From positions 73,957-137,956 of the forward strand of contig CAYNTH010000001.1 in the NCBI GenBank assembly GCA_964400475.1: 64,000 bases of DNA, read 5' to 3'. The DNA comes from an uncultured archaeon (GTDB lineage Archaea > Aenigmatarchaeota > Aenigmatarchaeia > CG10238-14 > SCSR01). Shown in pieces: positions 57,831 to 64,000 of this stretch. The notes beneath the pieces are model-generated. The model was not told where the DNA came from. It saw only the letters and a program-made list of their open reading frames with translations, and did no database searches. Both the position numbers and the translations under genes were made by a program. Each line of letters opens with the position of its first letter. The stretch's first letter is position 1.

Positions 57831-60368
57831 TTATTTTATTTCTATGTATTCTTTCTCCTCTTCTTTAGGTTTTTTCTTCATCTTGGACTTGATCTTCGAT
57901 ATTATATTTCTTATCTGTTTACCAACTTTTTCGAACAAATTTGTAGATTGTTTAGCATTGTCTATTGATTTTTGGGATGTTATGTCAACTTCTTCTTTTT
58001 TACCAACTGTCGGCAATTTTGGTATTTTAGGTTTGTAGGATTTTCCATTTATCTTGCTCTTTATAGTCTTCTTGGCATCTGATATTTTTTCAATCCCTTT
58101 TTCTTTGGGTGTTCTATGTCTGTATTCTCCTTTTTTTGGATCGTATCCGGGTTGGGGCCATAATAGATATCCTAGTATAATCAGGACTGTTACTGATACA
58201 CCGATAATAGTCCATTTCAATACGGGGGACATGTTGGTGATGTTTTCGGTTACATTTATATGGGTGCCCCCATCACTGAATTTTTCCTTTGATGATTTTA
58301 ATAGTGAATCAATATCATTCAATAATTGATATGCGCTAAAATAATCCCCGTCGTCGATGTGACTTTGTGCAGTTTCTATTTTTTCATTGGCTTCTATTAT
58401 AAATTGTTCGGCTTCTGTTACATCTCCCCCAGATTTCTTGGTTTTGTTTATTTCAGTCCAAATCTCAGTTAAATTGAGCCGATATAGTGTGATATTGTTC
58501 TGAATGGGCGTCTGTAAATCTTCATCTGGCAATATTCTTATAGTGAAATTATTTTCCAATGTATTGTTTGGTATTGATACTTTGTATGTGCCCGGATATT
58601 CCTTTATAGCATTGGTTATGTTTGATGTGAAATTCACTAGAAAAGCGGATTTCCCACCAGCTGCTATTGTATCGTTAGTAGAGTTTATACTATACCATAT
58701 TGATTTTAAGTTTTCGATTGTGAAGTTCACGTTTTGGGATGTATTTCCAGTGTTCTCTATAATTACCGTTGTTTGATTTGTCGAATTTCTAATAATATCG
58801 ATTTTTTCCTCTACATCGTAGAACGATATATTGCCGGAGTATCTGTAAACGGTCACAAGCTCGGTTGCAGATACTGATGAATAATATGATGTGATACTGT
58901 TATTGCATTTGTATATATGGGAACCCGCGCTTAGTGTGGTTATCTCAGGATTTGAAACCGAACTTCCTGCCCGATATAACGTTACGGATACCTGATCAGA
59001 CGAGCACAAAACTGTAGTTTTGGTTCCTTTGTTGATATTAGATCCCGGTGAGACAGTTAGTGTTATTGTGGGTGTTATTTTGTTTATGGTTGAGTTCGTT
59101 CTAGATGTCGAATTCCACGTGTTTTGGGAATTATTAGCATATATTTTCCATCTTAGCGTCATCGGTTGTGTTATATTGAGTTGGTATGTTGATGTATTTG
59201 TTCCACTTATTCTGGACATAGTATAATTCATCAATGTTCCGGTATGATTCAGCTCTATAAATGCGGTGTCGTATCCGTTCGAATCGTAGTCATCACTCCA
59301 CGTCGCATTGAATATAGCATATGTGTTGTTAGACCATGTGGATGGTATATCCGTGGACAAGGAATATCTGGGAGGGGGGTATATAACATTCAATGTTTTT
59401 GTGATACCAGTTGAGTTTATGCTGTAATTCCTGTTCCCACTGGAATTTACCTTGAAATCATATGATCCTATGGGGAGGATGTCTATGTATTGTTCGGAAA
59501 CAGCTGAGCCGTCCTTGAATAGTTGAGGATTCCCACCATCAGCAGTTACATTGACGATTTGGCCATCGTTTACATTAACATTTTGATTTAGATTGCCGTT
59601 GATGTATATATTCATCGGGTTGTCCGCTTTTGTCACATTAAATTCAAATGAATCAGTTACGTTTTCTTGTCCGCTTGTATCATTTGCAAACCACCTGTAT
59701 GTATAATTATCTTGTTGGAGATCCGTAATCACAATTCCATAACTGCCCGATCCTAAATCATTCACCTCAGGTGTGGTGGAATTCGTATAATTTGTGGCAC
59801 CATTCCATTCAAAAATCGGTCGGTCGATATCTATGTTATCGTTCCATGTGATATTGAATGTGTAGCTCTTATTGAAAACGTATTGTGTGGGCGATGACGG
59901 CGTTGTCGTATTTCCAGACCATGTCGGGGCGGTTTGATCACTCACTGTTACGGTGACATTGTTGGAATTGTACACATTATTTACATCCTTTGTGGAAATT
60001 TGAAAATCATAATCACTCGGGAAGTCGTCTGATGAAGGTGTTGTCACTTTGAACCAAAATTTTTCATCTCCTCCAGACGCTATGATATAAGATGTTGTAT
60101 CGTTATACCATCTGGGAGTTGGGGTTGGTAAAAATGATCCATCACTAGTTGTTCCAACGCTCCCATAATATGAAAAATTTGATGGCAGTGTTATGTTGAT
60201 TTGTACTATATTGGCATCTGTGTTGTTGACGGTGAAATTGACTAGAATATTGCTACCCGCGTTCAATGTTGAATTATCTATACTAGAATCGAAACTGGCA
60301 GCTCCGACAGAGTTTATAGTAAATAAACTAAAAACCACGATAGTTAATAAAAGCAATTTTCTATTCAT
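57831..60368 (-). CDS. large surface (S-layer-like) glycoprotein candidate with signal peptide, C-terminal TM anchor and Lys-rich tail
   Basis: 845 aa. Signal MNRKLLLLTIVVFSLFTINSVGA. The Asn/Thr/Ser-rich ectodomain carries many N-x-S/T sequons. C-terminal TM WTIIGVSVTVLIILGYLLW followed by a KK-rich cytoplasmic tail. Confidence 0.5.
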   Translation of the reverse strand: MNRKLLLLTIVVFSLFTINSVGAASFDSSIDNSTLNAGSNILVNFTVNNTDANIVQINITLPSNFSYYGSVGTTSDGSFLPTPTPRWYNDTTSYIIASGGDEKFWFKVTTPSSDDFPSDYDFQISTKDVNNVYNSNNVTVTVSDQTAPTWSGNTTTPSSPTQYVFNKSYTFNITWNDNIDIDRPIFEWNGATNYTNSTTPEVNDLGSGSYGIVITDLQQDNYTYRWFANDTSGQENVTDSFEFNVTKADNPMNIYINGNLNQNVNVNDGQIVNVTADGGNPQLFKDGSAVSEQYIDILPIGSYDFKVNSSGNRNYSINSTGITKTLNVIYPPPRYSLSTDIPSTWSNNTYAIFNATWSDDYDSNGYDTAFIELNHTGTLMNYTMSRISGTNTSTYQLNITQPMTLRWKIYANNSQNTWNSTSRTNSTINKITPTITLTVSPGSNINKGTKTTVLCSSDQVSVTLYRAGSSVSNPEITTLSAGSHIYKCNNSITSYYSSVSATELVTVYRYSGNISFYDVEEKIDIIRNSTNQTTVIIENTGNTSQNVNFTIENLKSIWYSINSTNDTIAAGGKSAFLVNFTSNITNAIKEYPGTYKVSIPNNTLENNFTIRILPDEDLQTPIQNNITLYRLNLTEIWTEINKTKKSGGDVTEAEQFIIEANEKIETAQSHIDDGDYFSAYQLLNDIDSLLKSSKEKFSDGGTHINVTENITNMSPVLKWTIIGVSVTVLIILGYLLWPQPGYDPKKGEYRHRTPKEKGIEKISDAKKTIKSKINGKSYKPKIPKLPTVGKKEEVDITSQKSIDNAKQSTNLFEKVGKQIRNIISKIKSKMKKKPKEEEKEYIEIK

Positions 60369-60436
60369 ACAATCTCCAATATCTTATATAGTATAGTCTT
60401 TTTAACCAAATAAAATTTAGATTGATAATGAATAGG

Positions 60437-60526
60437 CGAACCCGGTGGGATTTGAACCCACGACCTTCAACTATCTCCATGTATGTTTAGGAGGTTGCTG
60501 CTCTATCCAAGCTGAGCTACGGGTCC
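60437..60526 (-). tRNA. tRNA-Arg (CCT, tentative) with ~15-nt intron at canonical position
   Basis: Reverse strand GGACCCG-TA-GCTC-AGCTTGGATA-GAGC-A-GCAAC-CTCCTA[AACATACATGGAGAT]A-GTTGA-AGGTC-GTGGG-TTCAAAT-CCCAC-CGGGTTC-G. Anticodon CCTCC pairs with intron GGAGA as in a bulge-helix-bulge. Confidence 0.6.
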
Positions 60527-60568
60527 ATTAAGATTAATTTATTGTGGGAATGCTAATTTATTAAGTAT

Positions 60569-61678
60569 ATGGTATCTAAAAAAACAATGGAACGTATCGC
60601 CGAGAACACAGTTAATCTGAATTTTGATATAAAATCGGGTGATGTTGTTGTTATACATGCTGGGCCAAAATCTCTGGAATTTGCCGAAATGTTATCCTAT
60701 TATTGCTCTATGTCAGGTGCACAACCTTTGATAACCTATTCTAGTTCAGATTTATTCTTGAATACTTATAGAGACATAGATTCCACACTACTTACCAAAA
60801 AACCCAAATTGGCATATTCTCATTTGGATGTTGTCAACGCTGAGATGAAAATAAACGATTCCAATCCATTTTTAGAGAAGAAGATACCTCAATGGAAAAT
60901 AGAACTCAGACGAAAATCGATAAAACCGTTGAAGAAATTGAAGGAAAAGAAACTTGGCAATAAAGATTTGAAAATGGCCTTGATTGGGTTTCCAACTAAA
61001 GAAGATGCAAAATCCCTCGGGATATCGTTTGAGAAATTGGAGAAAATATTCTGGTCCACAATAGATGTTGATTTTGAGAAAATTGCACATTTCAATAAAA
61101 AATTAATTAAGAAATTCGATAATGTTGAAAAGGTGAGAATAGTTGGTGATAGGACTGATTTGAAGTTTTCTATTGAGAATAGGGAATTCATGAACGATTG
61201 CGGGATTGTTGATGAAGGACGAACGGGATATATGAATTTACCAGCAGGTGAAATATTTATAGCACCCGCCGAAAATTCTGCTAATGGTGAGATTTATTTC
61301 GATCTTCCGTGTATGTTCCATTATGGTAGACGAGTTGAGGGAGTATGGTTTCGTTTTAAAGATGGTGATATTGTCGAATATAATATACGAAAGGGTTCTA
61401 AGAATTTCGAGGAAGTGATAGAGAACTCTTCTGGTAAAAAAACAACTATAGCTGAGTTTGGAATAGGTACCAATCCCAACGCGAAGTCAACGGGTGGTAT
61501 GATCATCGTTGATGAGAAAATATTGGGCACAATTCATATAGCGATAGGTGAGAACAAGTTGTACGGCGGTAATAACGAATCTACGATACATTGGGATTTC
61601 TTCAAAAGAATGGGAAAATCCAGTATGATAAAGGGCGATGATGAAATTTTAATGAAGGATGGAAAATGGCTTATTTGA
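60569..61678 (+). CDS. aminopeptidase, M29 (AmpS/aminopeptidase T) family
   Basis: 369 aa with blocks NLPAGEIFIAP, EFGIGTNPNA and GTIHIAIGEN typical of M29 thermophilic metalloaminopeptidases. Confidence 0.65.
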   Translation: MVSKKTMERIAENTVNLNFDIKSGDVVVIHAGPKSLEFAEMLSYYCSMSGAQPLITYSSSDLFLNTYRDIDSTLLTKKPKLAYSHLDVVNAEMKINDSNPFLEKKIPQWKIELRRKSIKPLKKLKEKKLGNKDLKMALIGFPTKEDAKSLGISFEKLEKIFWSTIDVDFEKIAHFNKKLIKKFDNVEKVRIVGDRTDLKFSIENREFMNDCGIVDEGRTGYMNLPAGEIFIAPAENSANGEIYFDLPCMFHYGRRVEGVWFRFKDGDIVEYNIRKGSKNFEEVIENSSGKKTTIAEFGIGTNPNAKSTGGMIIVDEKILGTIHIAIGENKLYGGNNESTIHWDFFKRMGKSSMIKGDDEILMKDGKWLI

Positions 61679-62459
61679 ACAATTTCAAATAAATATAATG
61701 AGAAAATCAAGATTTGACGAGCAGTTCAAACGTATAATTAAAAGTCCAGAAGAAATTGGGCTAATTAGGAAAGCATCGGATGTAAGTAATTCTTGCGTAA
61801 ATCTCATCCAGGAAAAATTGGCCAAGAGTGATATCACCGAAAAAATGCTTGCAGATGCTGTGGATAGCAAGATAAGGGAAAATAATTGTGATTTGTCTTT
61901 TCCGACCATAGTTTGTTGTGGTAAGAGATCCAGATTCGTCCATCCAATTCCGACCACCAAGAAGATAAGTGGTATAGGATATATAGACTATGGTGCAAAG
62001 TATGAAAAATACTGCAGTGATATGACAGTTCCCTTCATCAAAGGATGTGTCTCAGATGAAGAAAAGAAAATCATAGAAGATACATTCGATGTTTATAATA
62101 AAGTTATGAAAATCATCAAAAATGGTGTGTATTGCTGGAAAGCCCATGAATTGTATGAAGACTTGCTAGCAGATATGGGGTATGATATTATTCACTCACT
62201 CGGTCACGGCATTGGATTGGACGCTCATGAATTACCTTTATTATCATTGCCACGAAATTTTAAAGCACTTAGTCCCAAGAAAAAAGAATGGTGGAACCGT
62301 GTTAAGAATATTAAATTTGAGAAGAATATGGTGTTTACAGTAGAACCTGGGTTATATGTTAAAGGGGTTGGCGGATGCAGGGTAGAAAATGTTGTTATAA
62401 TGGGTGAAAAGAACGGCGAAATTATTACCAACTCTAGACTTTTGGAAGTAACTGGATAA
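61659..62459 (+). CDS. M24 family peptidase (prolidase/creatinase-fold catalytic domain only)
   Basis: 266 aa with HSLGHGIGLDAHE, TVEPGLY and CRVENVV metal-ligand blocks. It lacks the N-terminal domain. It overlaps the upstream gene by 20 nt, so the real start may be MRKSRF a few codons in. Confidence 0.7.
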   Translation: MENGLFEQFQINIMRKSRFDEQFKRIIKSPEEIGLIRKASDVSNSCVNLIQEKLAKSDITEKMLADAVDSKIRENNCDLSFPTIVCCGKRSRFVHPIPTTKKISGIGYIDYGAKYEKYCSDMTVPFIKGCVSDEEKKIIEDTFDVYNKVMKIIKNGVYCWKAHELYEDLLADMGYDIIHSLGHGIGLDAHELPLLSLPRNFKALSPKKKEWWNRVKNIKFEKNMVFTVEPGLYVKGVGGCRVENVVIMGEKNGEIITNSRLLEVTG

Positions 62460-62524
62460 CAATTAAAAACTTAAGGTATAATGTTAAAACATAAATTTAC
62501 GTAAAAACTTGATACAGTGATTAT

Positions 62525-63262
62525 ATGACCGAATTAACCCAATTGCCCGACGATATCACAATACCAAATCACTTAGCTGTTATAGTTGATGGCAATAGAC
62601 GATGGGCACAGAAAAACAAAAGAAAATATCCATGGCTCGGACATAGGGTGGGTGTCAAAAATATAAATGATTTCCTTAAATGGTGTTTAGAAGCAGGTGT
62701 TCCGAAAGTTTCCGTATACGCTCTTTCAACCGAGAATCTTAATAGGCCTGATAGAGAAGTAGAAGAACTCTTTAATCTTTTTTATAAGTATTTAGAAGAT
62801 ATCGAAAACGACGAGTCAAAGGTTTCCAAATTGCTGAATAAATATGAGGTTAAAATTAAATTCATCGGTGATTTGGAAAAACTTCCACCCAAGATGAGAA
62901 AATTAATGGGAAAAATAATGGCTAAGACAGCGAAACACCAGAAGAAAGCATTGAATCTGCTGATAGCCTATAGCAGTAAGTTCGAATTGACTGAGACAGT
63001 GAAAAAAATAGCGCAGAGTGTACTTGATAAAGGTAAGGTAGAGATTACGCCAAAGGATATTGACGATAATCTCATGGTCAGTTCTCCGGTTGATCTAATA
63101 ATACGAACGGGTGGTAGACACAGATTATCGAATCTTCTTCTATGGCAATCTGCTTATGCTGAGTTGTATGTTACTGATACCCTTTGGCCGGATTTTGATA
63201 AAGATGAATTTATTAGAGCTCTCAAGTGGTTTGATTCTATCAAGAGAAACTTTGGCAAGTGA
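62525..63262 (+). CDS. uppS: undecaprenyl (polyprenyl) diphosphate synthase, cis-prenyltransferase
   Basis: 245 aa with HLAVIVDGNRRWA and RTGG..RLSNLLLWQ motifs. Confidence 0.85.
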   Translation: MTELTQLPDDITIPNHLAVIVDGNRRWAQKNKRKYPWLGHRVGVKNINDFLKWCLEAGVPKVSVYALSTENLNRPDREVEELFNLFYKYLEDIENDESKVSKLLNKYEVKIKFIGDLEKLPPKMRKLMGKIMAKTAKHQKKALNLLIAYSSKFELTETVKKIAQSVLDKGKVEITPKDIDDNLMVSSPVDLIIRTGGRHRLSNLLLWQSAYAELYVTDTLWPDFDKDEFIRALKWFDSIKRNFGK

Positions 63263-63282
63263 TCTTTAGCTTGGTGTTATAG

Positions 63283-64000
63283 ATGTATGATGTTTTAGTT
63301 GTTGGTGCCGGTCCATCCGGGTGTAGGATAGCTCAATTGGTTGCTAAAAAGGGTTATGATGTTGGGTTAATTGAAAAGAGAGATGATATAGGAGAACCGG
63401 TTCAATGCGCTGGACTCGTTAGTCATAGGATTAGAACAGTGATAACGGATTTGCCGGATAATGTTATTTTAAATGATATTAGAAGAGCCAGATTCATCTC
63501 TAAATCCACCGAATTCACGTTAAGTTCAAAACGACCATTCCACGTTATTGATCGGGCGAAGTTGGATAAATTTTTGTTTCTAAAGGCCAGGAAAGAAGGC
63601 GTTGAAACCTTTAAATCAACCGCATTTGAGGATTATTCGTTCAGAAGGGATAATGATGATAATATATTTCTCAAGGTCTCTGTTCTGGGTGATGAATTCA
63701 GGACTAAGATTTTAGTCGGTGCCGACGGCCCCATATCTAATGTGGCATCTAAATCAAAATTGATACGTCCATCAAACATAATTACTGGTCTTCAGACAAC
63801 GGTTGAAGGGAAGTTTGATCCAGACGAAGTTAATCTCGTCTTTGATTCGGATATAAGTTCTGATTTTTTTGGGTGGATGATACCGATAAATTCACGTAAA
63901 GCCAGAATAGGATTGGCAGCTAAAAAGAACGCCATAGAGGGGCTGGAAAAAATGGTAAAGAGATATGTCGGAGATCGGGAAATAGAAATTAAACCTGACG
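63283..64000 (+). CDS. geranylgeranyl reductase family FAD-dependent oxidoreductase (partial, runs off window end)
   Basis: MYDVLVVGAGPSGCRIAQLVAKKGYDVGLIEKR is a Rossmann FAD motif, followed by the GGR family layout. Truncated at 64000. Confidence 0.75.
   Translation, partial: MYDVLVVGAGPSGCRIAQLVAKKGYDVGLIEKRDDIGEPVQCAGLVSHRIRTVITDLPDNVILNDIRRARFISKSTEFTLSSKRPFHVIDRAKLDKFLFLKARKEGVETFKSTAFEDYSFRRDNDDNIFLKVSVLGDEFRTKILVGADGPISNVASKSKLIRPSNIITGLQTTVEGKFDPDEVNLVFDSDISSDFFGWMIPINSRKARIGLAAKKNAIEGLEKMVKRYVGDREIEIKPD

Noticed and set aside
1-64000. Searched for CRISPR repeats, transposases, integrases, toxin-antitoxin pairs and restriction-modification genes
   Set aside because: No regularly spaced direct repeats and no proteins with DDE, tyrosine-recombinase or methyltransferase signatures were seen. 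The window appears to be core chromosome with one pilus locus.

Overview
This 64 kb window is a gene-dense, low-GC stretch of an archaeal chromosome. The archaeal call rests on the gene content described below. Translation signals look euryarchaeal/DPANN-like: clear GGAGGT Shine-Dalgarno motifs, T-tract terminators, and no CCA encoded at tRNA 3' ends. The central block is the conserved transcription-translation cluster rpoB''-rpoB'/rpoA'-rpoA''-rpl30e-nusA-rps12-rps7-aEF2-aEF1alpha-rps10. It is preceded by tRNA-Tyr, a 5S rRNA and tRNA-Asp. Other housekeeping genes in the window include aEF1beta with its Zn-ribbon partner, RNase Z, the CCA-adding enzyme, TsaC/Sua5, ThrRS, ProRS, class I LysRS, ATP-dependent DNA ligase, Mre11-Rad50, aIF5B, Orc1/Cdc6, the thermosome, proteasome beta, aCPSF1, MetAP2, UppS and a geranylgeranyl reductase (truncated at the window end). 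I found no CRISPR array and no transposase or integrase. The most system-like accessory content is a type IV pilus (Tad/Epd-like) locus at about 33.7-40.8 kb. It carries several class-III-signal pilin-like genes, a FlaI/TadA-type ATPase and a membrane platform protein split into two ORFs. Unusual core features read from the sequence: (1) rpoB' and rpoA' form one uninterrupted 1453-codon ORF, i.e. a B'-A' fusion analogous to the bacterial rpoBC fusion. (2) All six tRNA genes carry introns, and two have the insertion at a non-canonical site between the D-arm and the anticodon stem. (3) One tRNA appears to carry a UAU anticodon, i.e. tRNA-Ile(UAU). (4) The aIF5B gene has no conventional start codon upstream of its P-loop. 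(5) rpoH is missing from its usual place before rpoB. All calls come from manual reading of the ORF translations and hand-folding of RNA genes. Coordinates of RNA genes and adjusted starts are approximate to a few nucleotides.
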